This document shows positions 1 to 7,479 of a stretch of 17,078 bases of DNA, in pieces. Source of the DNA: Candidatus Pacearchaeota archaeon (lineage in GTDB: Archaea > Nanobdellota > Nanobdellia > Pacearchaeales > GW2011-AR1). Made by a program: the position numbers and the translations under genes. Within the stretch, counting starts at the first letter, position 1. Each line of letters starts with the position of its first letter. The notes under the pieces are model-generated. The model was not told the DNA's origin. It saw only the letters and a list, made by a program, of their open reading frames with translations, and searched no databases. Where the stretch lies: assembly GCA_016866975.1 (NCBI GenBank), contig VGKP01000015.1, positions 1 through 17,078 of the forward strand, given 5' to 3'.

Positions 1-96
1 GGCTTAAAAGCCGAGGTTTGTTGCAGGCGCTCGTTTTTGGAGATGCTCGGGAACCACCACACCTTGAAAGGTGTGGTTTTCATCGGTTCCCGACAT
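1..96. mobile_element. Double-hairpin non-coding element, copy 1 (left part cut off by window start); PATE/REP/MITE-like
   Basis: 1-48 is identical to 13302-13349. Then ATG-C-TCGGGAACC(47-55)...GGTTCCCGA(85-93)-CAT encloses the perfect hairpin ACCACACCT-TGAA-AGGTGTGGT (56-77). Mobility is inferred from copy 2. Confidence 0.65.
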
Positions 97-120
97 AAAT
101 ATTTTATTTCTCGTTGAGGC

Positions 121-972
121 ATGGCGAGCCTTATTGCTGATGAACGAGATATGCCTGTTGAAGATTCGTTCCTCGGATTCGCCTCTTTCCAAACACCGCC
201 GTTATCAGATTTTCCTGAATTCGGCGATCTTATCCGTGATAAGAACCCTTTGCATAGAGATCAGGCATATGCTCAAGCACAAGGATGCCTGGCTCCTCCC
301 GTGTTTGGAGTTGCTTTAGAAGCGCTTGCCTATGAAGTAATCACCAAAAATAAAATATTTACAGATTTTCAAGCACAGCACTATGTTCCAACACATCTTT
401 CCTTTAAATTTTCAGAGCCAGTCTACGCAGGTGAAAGAGTGATCCTCGCTAATGGAAACCTTTCCCTACCTGAAGGGTCTCTAACACTCAAATATTGTGC
501 GCTCTCTAACAGCAAGGATGTTTTTAACGGATCCATTAAAATAGGAAATGAATACCCTTCGTTTGTCCCTCCCGAAGGAGAAGTACTTATCGACTATCAA
601 CAAGAAATCACAGAAGATGATGCTCAGAGGTTTTATGCTCTGCTCGGATGCAAACAATCTGAAAGCGTTTCACCGCTTCAAGTCGCGGCGCAGATCCCTG
701 CCGCGCTGCTTCAGCTTTCGCAGGAACGCTCAGGCACCCTTCAAGGCAAGTATGCCGGCATGAGGCTTGAACTATATGCTGATCCCAGGCCTGGCAGATA
801 CCATACCACCATCTCTCTTCGATCCGCCAAAGCCCGTCAACAGCCAGAAAAAGTATATATCTATAACATCCAAGGTACCTGCTATCAAGAAGAACAACCC
901 TTCCTTGTAGGGGAGATGATGGTCTTTCATCCGTGCGAGCTTCGAAATACGCCAACCGAAGCAAAAACATAA
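121..972 (+). CDS. MaoC-like dehydratase / double hotdog-fold protein
   Basis: 283-aa ORF. FGDLIRDKNPLHRDQAYAQAQG..PPVFG matches the MaoC D-x-N-P-x-H motif, and FKFSEPVYAGE is a MaoC beta-strand signature. A second degenerate hotdog repeat begins near QEITEDDAQRFYALLG. Confidence 0.8.
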   Translation: MASLIADERDMPVEDSFLGFASFQTPPLSDFPEFGDLIRDKNPLHRDQAYAQAQGCLAPPVFGVALEALAYEVITKNKIFTDFQAQHYVPTHLSFKFSEPVYAGERVILANGNLSLPEGSLTLKYCALSNSKDVFNGSIKIGNEYPSFVPPEGEVLIDYQQEITEDDAQRFYALLGCKQSESVSPLQVAAQIPAALLQLSQERSGTLQGKYAGMRLELYADPRPGRYHTTISLRSAKARQQPEKVYIYNIQGTCYQEEQPFLVGEMMVFHPCELRNTPTEAKT

Positions 973-997
973 ATAGGCCTGGATGATAGCATTTTCT

Positions 998-1618
998 ATG
1001 GACAGACAACGAAAATCCTATTGGCCTCTTGCTATAAGGGATACATCAGTAGGCATTCGGATTTCTGATGAAGAATGGAAAGAAGTAGAAGAAAGCGCTC
1101 GCTTTAATCGTGGATTGCGAGCGCAGACACAAGCAACACCTAAACTCATTGAATTTATGCATGAAAAAGTCGTGAACTCACTATACCTTCCTTTTGCGGA
1201 GCATGATGCGCGGAAAGATTACATCCAACAGACATTAACTTCTGGATTCACCCCTGAACACCTCTTGACGGTTGATCTTGATAGTTCTCATCCTCCCCTT
1301 ACTACTTTATTATTTCCCTATTCTTTTGTTCCTGAAAATGAATCGGTACTTGAATTCGCAGTCTTGAAAGGAAAAATTCCCCAGTATCATGAAATGAAAG
1401 GAAGGCTGTATTTTGGCCGTTATGAAAATTACTCTCGTGAGGAATTTCACGCGCGACCTGCACTCACAACTCTTCTACCTCTGCCTTTGCAGAAAACAGA
1501 GGAAGTACTTGCGCTGAAAGGTAACGAAGGATGGATCGGCAACGCCGCACTCATTGAACGCTGTGGCCTGAATGACTGGTATCTTTTATTGGCAGAAGAT
1601 GATGAGCCTTGTGATTAG
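998..1618 (+). CDS. Hypothetical protein (ORF open from 983; ATG 998 preferred)
   Basis: Long open frame directly after the MaoC-like gene with similar codon style. No recognisable motif. Confidence 0.7.
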   Translation: MDRQRKSYWPLAIRDTSVGIRISDEEWKEVEESARFNRGLRAQTQATPKLIEFMHEKVVNSLYLPFAEHDARKDYIQQTLTSGFTPEHLLTVDLDSSHPPLTTLLFPYSFVPENESVLEFAVLKGKIPQYHEMKGRLYFGRYENYSREEFHARPALTTLLPLPLQKTEEVLALKGNEGWIGNAALIERCGLNDWYLLLAEDDEPCD

Positions 1619-1722
1619 TTATAGCAAACTACATTGATTTTCTTAGTTCCGCTAGATAGGAAATTTACGAGGAAAAAGTAATATTTTTACAGATATTAAT
1701 GTGATTTCCTATAATTTTAAGT

Positions 1723-2478
1723 TTAAAAATTCAGAAGATATCTCTTGAAAAAGTCAATTGCCTCCGATTCATATTTTTCTTCTGGAATATCGTGAGGCTC
1801 TGGTAACATTATCTTGACACTGTTATCTGGATCTGCAAAATAATTATGATGCGCTTCCATGGATTCTGGGGAAACCTTTTCATCTTTCATCCCAATTACT
1901 GACATCATCGGTATCTTATGTCTACTTTGGCTATTTCTCAGAGCCTCCAAAGCATCAGTTCTTATCAGATTTTCAATACTTGCCTGCTTGATGACCCTCT
2001 TTACGCCATTTAACTTATCTCTGCTAGATGAGATATTCACATCAACAGCAGATTTCTCAATTGACCACCTTACATGTGGAGAGGCAAAATAAGGCCAACC
2101 TGGCAATGGGGAGATTGAGACTTTGCACGCAGGATTCCAAATAGTGTTTCTTGCAAGCCAATTGCCTGCAATGCCTGAGCCTATGCTAGAGTCAAGAAGC
2201 CCTATCCTAGACGTATCTACCCCCATGTCTTGAAGCATCTCAAAAGTCTCTTGCGCATGCTGGACAAAATTTGAAAGATTGTAATTGCATTCTATCAATT
2301 TGCTTCCATTTTTCAATTCTATGCCTGGATAATTCAATCTAATTCCTAATATGCCATATTCTGACAATTTTTTCAGGTGATTGTCAATCCTCGTTGGCTC
2401 TGAAGAGTGCACAAATCCTGGAAAACCTATTACTGCAGGCCTATTCTCATTGCATTGTGGGGAATACAAAGTATTCAT
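1723..2478 (-). CDS. Alpha/beta-fold serine hydrolase (esterase/peptidase-like)
   Basis: AVIGFPGF oxyanion region, RIGLLDSSIG nucleophile elbow, GMKDEKV acid and EPHDI His appear in canonical order. Confidence 0.85.
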   Translation of the reverse strand: MNTLYSPQCNENRPAVIGFPGFVHSSEPTRIDNHLKKLSEYGILGIRLNYPGIELKNGSKLIECNYNLSNFVQHAQETFEMLQDMGVDTSRIGLLDSSIGSGIAGNWLARNTIWNPACKVSISPLPGWPYFASPHVRWSIEKSAVDVNISSSRDKLNGVKRVIKQASIENLIRTDALEALRNSQSRHKIPMMSVIGMKDEKVSPESMEAHHNYFADPDNSVKIMLPEPHDIPEEKYESEAIDFFKRYLLNF

Positions 2479-2499
2479 GATTAGAAAACCTGGGAGGTA

Positions 2500-2507
2500 T
2501 TTTTAAA
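2500..2507 (-). promoter_or_regulatory. TATA box of hydrolase gene
   Basis: TTTAAAAA ending 22 nt before ATG 2478. Confidence 0.55.
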
Positions 2508-2522
2508 TTTAACTATAGCAAC

Positions 2523-3290
2523 CTATTTGTGATCTTCATCGAAAAGCTCAAAAGTTGCCAAAACTGCTGCTGCCCCAAAAATAATAAAGAAAAATAGTTC
2601 TTCAACTGGAAAAGAAAGTCCTAGCATAGTAACTTCTCCTAGAAATTGATTATTCTTTGGAAAATACCACCAACCTAATTTGAGAGCTGTAAGTTCGTAA
2701 ATAATGTTGAAATAAAAGAAATATGCTGTGGCTTTCAAAAATTTTGAAATATATTTAGGGGCACGATAAATCTGAACTATAATTGGAAGAATGATTCAAA
2801 TAAGCCCTATCAGGAGATAAGCATGAGGAATATTAAGAAAATGAGGAAAGGCGAAAAAGAACAATATGAAAAAAGAAAGTAATACTAGTGTAATGATAAG
2901 AAAGTACTTGAATTTTCTTGAAGCTATCTTTTTAGTAATGTGATGATCTAAAAAATATTCGTAAAACATCACTGTAAAATAGAGCATGAAAAATGCCCAG
3001 ATGCAGCCCTCAATAGAGGCTCCTAAAACAATAAAACTACTTGGGACAATCCAGATATTTGAAATGGTACCAATACTCTCTAGAAAAATATACCCTATAG
3101 TCCCTACAAGAGAAAAGATAACTGCTTTTGGGATTTCTTCTTTAATTCTTACTGAAATAATGATTGATGGAACCACATAAAAAATAATAACTTAAACTAG
3201 CAGATTTACTTTGAAGAATAAAGATATTAGCGATGCTATTATTGGCCATAGGAGGATAAAAATAAGGTCTTTCTTTTCTCTCTTTTTCAT
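2523..3290 (-). pseudogene. Membrane protein with two lycopene-cyclase-like domains, interrupted by two in-frame stops
   Basis: One frame runs from ATG 3290 (MKKREKKDLIFILLWPII) to TAG 2525-2523 with internal TAA 3194-3192 and TGA 2798-2796. Track ORFs 2796-3176 and 2523-2738 are both in this frame. The repeats ESIGTISNIW..SIEGCIWAF and ELTALKLGWW..PVEELFFF resemble the CarR/lycopene cyclase domain. Confidence 0.8.
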
Positions 3291-3311
3291 ATCTAATAAT
3301 ATCCTATTTAA

Positions 3312-3319
3312 TATATAAA
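3312..3319 (-). promoter_or_regulatory. TATA box of the interrupted membrane-protein gene
   Basis: TTTATATA ending 22 nt before ATG 3290. Confidence 0.55.
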
Positions 3320-3344
3320 TCCTTATTGGCGAAGATATTTCTAT

Positions 3345-4655
3345 CTAAAGCAACAGGTCTGCTCTTATGGAGACTGGAGCTTCTCCGCCATGCCAGGTGA
3401 AGCGAGGTCTGACTCTAAGAGGGTAGAGGCGTTCTGAATTGTCGTCGAGGAGAATGGCCGAGCCTTTCTCACTTGGCAGATCGTCCATCTGCTGACGGAT
3501 ATTCTCCAGAAGATAAGTCTGCATTATCTCGTTCAATGCGTCTATATCTGGCTTTGCAGTGAGACGGTGGGCTATGACAATGTCTGATTGAGTCATCACA
3601 TCCCGATGAATCTGCCCAGGCTGTTGTGTCGCCATGACAAGAGATATTCCAGGCTGTCTGCCTTCCCTTAACAACTGCATCAATGCATCTGTTGCGGGAG
3701 TTTTTGCATCTTTTGGCATGAACTCGTGCATCTCATCTATAAAAATCCAAATAAGGGGCTTGTCTCTCTTTCCAGTTGCGGAAAGATATTCCTGCCCTTG
3801 CTGGATAGCTTCCAGTTCTTCTCTCTTTCTTGAATCCATCCTATCCTGAAACATTTTCCTAGAAAGAAGAGATATCACTAAGGCGCGAATGTTAAATGTC
3901 GCGGTAGATGAGTATGTAGAAATATCTAGGACAGTTGTAGTCCCTGCAGTAATCAGGTCTTTAAGCTCTGTGCCTCCCTCTGTCTTTGAAAAAATTCCCC
4001 AAGTCTCTGCAGCCTTAAAGAGAGCAGATGCAACTTCTTTTGTCTCCTGTCTTGCACTTTCGTCCTGCTCTATATTTCGCTGTATATCATCAAGTGTGAA
4101 TGGTAGATCTCGAGACTTAAGCTCTGTAACGACTCTCTGTATAAGGACTCCATGCAATGAAGTCATATTTAAATTGAAAAGAGAAATCCAATCGTCTGCC
4201 TCTATCTCTGAGACTTTTAGAGCGAAATTTGAATCATAAGGGATCCCTTTATCATCGTACATAGATTGTTTTCCGAATGGGATGAAGACTTTTACGGGAA
4301 GACTTTTTGTCTTCAGACCCCATTTGTCAAGGAGAGGCCTCTCTTTTTGGTTTTCATATTTCATTGTCCAGAATATGCCCATAGTATCAAAGATGAATGG
4401 GGCTATGTTCTGGGCATTCTCTTCAGGAAGATTAGAAAGCTCTTCTGCTATAGCTGCCAGAGTGTAGGATTTTCCCGTCCCTCTCTTGCCTGCAATAAGT
4501 ATCACGTGACTTCTTGCAACATCAAGCCATATCTTGTTTGATAATGAAGTAGTGTTGCCCATCTTCACATACCCTTTTCCTAGAAAAATAAGGCCCTTAT
4601 CCCCAAATCTCTCTTTATCCGATGCGTCCCTGCCCAATACTATATCGTAGACCAT
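3345..4655 (-). CDS. HerA/FtsK-superfamily ATPase (DUF87/DUF853-like)
   Basis: Walker A GKRGTGKS, Walker B IWIFIDEMHEF, REGRQPG arginine region and ATQQP motif. ATG 4655 (MVYDIVLGR) is preferred over the track TTG at 4685. Confidence 0.9.
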   Translation of the reverse strand: MVYDIVLGRDASDKERFGDKGLIFLGKGYVKMGNTTSLSNKIWLDVARSHVILIAGKRGTGKSYTLAAIAEELSNLPEENAQNIAPFIFDTMGIFWTMKYENQKERPLLDKWGLKTKSLPVKVFIPFGKQSMYDDKGIPYDSNFALKVSEIEADDWISLFNLNMTSLHGVLIQRVVTELKSRDLPFTLDDIQRNIEQDESARQETKEVASALFKAAETWGIFSKTEGGTELKDLITAGTTTVLDISTYSSTATFNIRALVISLLSRKMFQDRMDSRKREELEAIQQGQEYLSATGKRDKPLIWIFIDEMHEFMPKDAKTPATDALMQLLREGRQPGISLVMATQQPGQIHRDVMTQSDIVIAHRLTAKPDIDALNEIMQTYLLENIRQQMDDLPSEKGSAILLDDNSERLYPLRVRPRFTWHGGEAPVSIRADLLL

Positions 4656-4924
4656 TCTAAGAATCCAGGGTTTCTTTTGGGTCAACTTCCTTTAATACCA
4701 ACATTCCTATAGAAACACTCCTCCTTTTTACCATTGAACTAATGAGAATAGAGATTTAATAAAGTTTAGTGTGTTCTCTTTGTTTGAGACATCGAGAACG
4801 TTGAAGAGTAACATTTCTGATATAAGAGAGAATAAGGAGTTTTCTAGTGTATTCAAGAACTAAGGATACACATTAGATATTAGTTTGAGTGTTATTGACA
4901 CATCTCCTCTATAAGTGAAAATCA

Positions 4925-5032
4925 AAAGCACGATGCGCCACCGCGCCTTAAACCTCGAAGATGTGAATCCTCTATGGCAGTCAGGAATCTTAGATTCCTG
5001 ATGAAGCGCAGTTTGCGTCAAGTTCCTTACAT
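4925..5032. mobile_element. Divergent/chimeric copy 3 of the hairpin element
   Basis: ACGATGCGCCACC (4930-4942) equals 13287-13299. GTCAAGTTCCTT-ACAT (5017-5032) matches 13384-13400 with a 1-nt gap. The interior differs and holds the perfect inverted repeat TCAGGAATCT-T-AGATTCCTGA (4981-5001). Confidence 0.5.
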
Positions 5033-5063
5033 GTGAATTATGTATCTTCCTAGTGCACAAAGA

Positions 5064-5071
5064 TTTTTAAA
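5064..5071 (+). promoter_or_regulatory. TATA box of DsbA-like gene
   Basis: TTTTTAAA preceded by a purine-rich BRE-like stretch, ending 22 nt before ATG 5093. Confidence 0.55.
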
Positions 5072-5092
5072 CCTCTTTTGTATTTGGAAGGT

Positions 5093-6037
5093 ATGAAAGA
5101 GAATAGTGAAACTTCGAAAGACACTATAGATATCCCTGTAGGAAAGTGGCTTCAAGGAGTGAGAAGGAACCCATGGATTCTTATTAGTATAATCCTGGCA
5201 ATAGTGATAGTAGTCATGTTCTTTTGGAGAGCCCCAGTGGTATCTCCTGGTATAGTCAATGCGCAAGTTGCTGCAGACAATGCAGTGAAGTTCATCAATT
5301 CTCAGGGCCAGGGCACGGTAACACTGTCTGGAGTCGCTCAGAAAGGGCCATTCTATGAAGTCAAGTTGAGTTTTCAAGGCCAAGAAGTCCCTGTTTTCGT
5401 AACAGTTGACGGGAACTATATCGTACCTAATCCACTGGCAATATCTCCAACCGCTCCTTCTCTCGTCCCACAGCAGCAGCAGCGGCCTCCAGCAGATACA
5501 AAAGTAGAAGTCACTGAAGGAGATAGTCCAGTAAAGGGAAGCAAATCTGCCAAAATAGCAATTGTTGAGTTCAGCGATTATGAGTGCCCATTTTGCAAGA
5601 AATTCTATATTGAGACATATAAACAGATAGTGAAAGATTATGTTGATACTGGAAAGGCAAGAATAGTGTTTAAGGATTTTCCTCTTAGTATACATTCTAA
5701 GGCCCAGAAAGCACATGAAGCAGCACTCTGTGTAAAAGAGCAGCTAGGAGACATGGGATATTTCAAGATGCATGATAAGCTATTTGAAAATCAGGAAAGT
5801 CTTAGTATAGAAAACTACAAGAAGTGGGCGCGTGAGTTTGATTCATCTGGAGTAAAATTCGACCAATGCCTTGATACTGGAAAATATGAATCCAAAGTTA
5901 AGGAGAATCTTGCATATGGACAGCAACTTGGAGTTACTGGCACTCCTGCATTCTTCATCAATGGAAAACCTGTGAGAGGAGCACAGCCTTATGAAGTCTT
6001 AAAGCGATTAATAGATGCTGAATTGACTTCTGCTTAA
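5093..6037 (+). CDS. Membrane-anchored DsbA-family thiol-disulfide oxidoreductase
   Basis: N-terminal TM helix (WILISIILAIVIVVMFFW), EFSDYECPFC active site and GVTGTPAFFING cis-Pro loop. Confidence 0.9.
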   Translation: MKENSETSKDTIDIPVGKWLQGVRRNPWILISIILAIVIVVMFFWRAPVVSPGIVNAQVAADNAVKFINSQGQGTVTLSGVAQKGPFYEVKLSFQGQEVPVFVTVDGNYIVPNPLAISPTAPSLVPQQQQRPPADTKVEVTEGDSPVKGSKSAKIAIVEFSDYECPFCKKFYIETYKQIVKDYVDTGKARIVFKDFPLSIHSKAQKAHEAALCVKEQLGDMGYFKMHDKLFENQESLSIENYKKWAREFDSSGVKFDQCLDTGKYESKVKENLAYGQQLGVTGTPAFFINGKPVRGAQPYEVLKRLIDAELTSA

Positions 6038-6039
6038 AC

Positions 6040-6492
6040 ATGAATGTAAAAGATCTTAAACCTGGGCAAGGGAAAGTTGACATCAAATTGTTAGTCAAGA
6101 GTGTAAGCGATATCCGAAGCTTTAATAAGTATGGTAAGGAGCTTAGAGTTGCGAGCGCAGCCTCTTCTGATGAGAGTGGCGCTGAGATAAAAGTGAGTCT
6201 CTGGAATGATGATATTAAGAAGGTGAATGCTGGAGACACTATACAAATTACTAATGGTTATGTTTCTGAATTTAATGGAGAAAAACAGCTTTCTGCTGGC
6301 AAATTTGGAAAAATAGAAGTAGTCTCTGGGAGCTCGTCTGGAGAATCAGTATCTGCTCCGGCCAAGTCTGCCGCAAAACCTTCAACAAAAGCTCCTGCAA
6401 AGAAACCAACAAAAAAGGAAGAAGAAAAGAGTGAAGCAGTCGAGGCAGAGGAAGACGAAGAGGATTTCAATTATGAAGAGAAAGAGTTCTAA
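6040..6492 (+). CDS. ssb: Single OB-fold single-stranded DNA-binding protein with acidic tail
   Basis: VKDLKPG..DESG.IKVSLW..GDTIQITNGYVSEFNGEKQLSAGKFGKI matches the archaeal single-OB SSB/RPA pattern, followed by a flexible linker and acidic C-terminus. Confidence 0.85.
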   Translation: MNVKDLKPGQGKVDIKLLVKSVSDIRSFNKYGKELRVASAASSDESGAEIKVSLWNDDIKKVNAGDTIQITNGYVSEFNGEKQLSAGKFGKIEVVSGSSSGESVSAPAKSAAKPSTKAPAKKPTKKEEEKSEAVEAEEDEEDFNYEEKEF

Positions 6493-6512
6493 TTGTTTTA
6501 TGCATCCACAGG

Positions 6513-6520
6513 TTTAAATA
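6513..6520 (+). promoter_or_regulatory. TATA box of CxxC-x17-CxxC gene
   Basis: TTTAAATA ending 21 nt before ATG 6541. Confidence 0.5.
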
Positions 6521-6540
6521 GACACAATCGATTGAAAGGT

Positions 6541-6993
6541 ATGGGAAATTTTCATTCTAAGCCTGATAGGAGAAGTGGATTTAGGAAGGATCGTGGAAGT
6601 GGCGGTAGCTTTGGTGGCGAATCCAGAGGATTTGGAGGACGTCCAAGGTCACGTGGAGCTAGAAGATTTGGATCTGAAAACCGAGAAATGCATGAAGCCA
6701 CCTGCGATAAATGTGGAAAGCAATGTAGCATCCCTTTCAGGCCAAGTGGTGGCAAACCTGTCTATTGCAGTAATTGTTTCAGAAGTAATGGCGGAGACTC
6801 GAGAGGAAATGAATCAAGACAAAGCTTTGCTCCAAGATCTGAAAGGCCTGTTCAAGCAAATGGAATCTCTCAGGAACAATTCAAACAGTTGAATACGAAA
6901 CTGGACAAAATTTTGGCTTTACTTGAACAACTTGAAATTGAAGTTATTGAAGATGATGAAGATGAAGATGATAGTGAAGATGATGAAAAGTAA
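6541..6993 (+). CDS. CxxC-x17-CxxC zinc-ribbon protein with RG/RGG-rich N-terminus and acidic tail
   Basis: REMHEATCDKCGKQCSIPFRPSGGKPVYCSNCF is the family signature. ATG 6541 is preferred over the track start 6493. Confidence 0.85.
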   Translation: MGNFHSKPDRRSGFRKDRGSGGSFGGESRGFGGRPRSRGARRFGSENREMHEATCDKCGKQCSIPFRPSGGKPVYCSNCFRSNGGDSRGNESRQSFAPRSERPVQANGISQEQFKQLNTKLDKILALLEQLEIEVIEDDEDEDDSEDDEK

Positions 6994-6995
6994 GC

Positions 6996-7436
6996 CTATT
7001 TCTTACTATTCTTCTTTACTATGAAATATATCAGTCTATAAAGGCCATAAATAACTGCAATAAAAAAAGCAAAAACACTTATCATTGTCCATGTCCAAGG
7101 ATTAAGCAGGGATATGGTAATGCGTTCAGAAAAATGGCGGCAAGTTGCCTGCCCAATATAACCTTGAGGGAGATAAGGTGCCCCTTGGCAACATCTATCA
7201 TACTCGAAGACTGGCTCTCCAAGAGGAACGCAACGTTGCTCCCTACGGTATTCTTTTCCACACGTTCCTTGATAGAACTCCCTAATTTCACAAGATTTCC
7301 CATCATCAAATACGCAGGTTACATTGTCCCCTGTTCTTTCAATTTTATATCCTTGATGCTCACAAAAAGGAGGAGCAGGATCCATAGCTGCAGAAACCAG
7401 AGATAAAGAAAAGAACACTGCTATAAAGATAATCAC
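6996..7436 (-). CDS. Exported, C-terminally anchored DUF333-domain cysteine-rich protein
   Basis: Signal-peptide-like N-terminus, DPAPPFCEHQG..CVFDDGKSCE..FYQGTC (DUF333 pattern), 8 Cys and a C-terminal TM helix. Start is uncertain (GTG 7436 or CTG 7445). Confidence 0.75.
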   Translation of the reverse strand: MIIFIAVFFSLSLVSAAMDPAPPFCEHQGYKIERTGDNVTCVFDDGKSCEIREFYQGTCGKEYRREQRCVPLGEPVFEYDRCCQGAPYLPQGYIGQATCRHFSERITISLLNPWTWTMISVFAFFIAVIYGLYRLIYFIVKKNSKK

Positions 7437-7466
7437 CCATTTCAGATATTATGCAAAAATCAAATC

Positions 7467-7474
7467 TATATATA
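7467..7474 (-). promoter_or_regulatory. TATA box of DUF333 gene
   Basis: TATATATA ending 22 nt before in-frame CTG 7445. Confidence 0.45.
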
Positions 7475-7479
7475 CCTAT

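Noticed and set aside
4-192. Minus-strand ORFs 4-192 and 13305-13565 share the C-terminus HLQKRAPATNLGF
   Set aside because: Artefact of the identical 48-nt element segment. Both ORFs are antisense to real genes.
1656-1712. 9-bp inverted repeat ATAGGAAAT/ATTTCCTAT between convergent genes as a terminator
   Set aside because: AT-rich with a 39-nt loop, so it is compatible with chance. Archaeal terminators are usually U-tracts.
2523-3290. Genome-wide stop-codon reassignment (code 4 or 25)
   Set aside because: TGA ends genes at 13174 and 13920, TAA ends many others, and the two internal stops are of different types.
4657-4920. Possible gene remnant between the HerA-like gene and element copy 3 (minus frame ..LENSLFSLISEMLLFNVLD..; 25-aa ORF ending just before ATG 4655)
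   Set aside because: All frames are short or stop-interrupted and no motif is recognisable, so it cannot be supported without a homology search.
4961-5038. 8-bp direct repeat ATGTGAAT (4961-4968, 5031-5038) as a target-site duplication
   Set aside because: The second copy overlaps the conserved element end ACAT, and an AT-rich 8-mer match at this range is not significant.
5471-5482. (CAG)4 in the DsbA linker and GAT/GAA runs at 6949-6990
   Set aside because: Ordinary low-complexity linker or acidic-tail coding, too short for phase variation.
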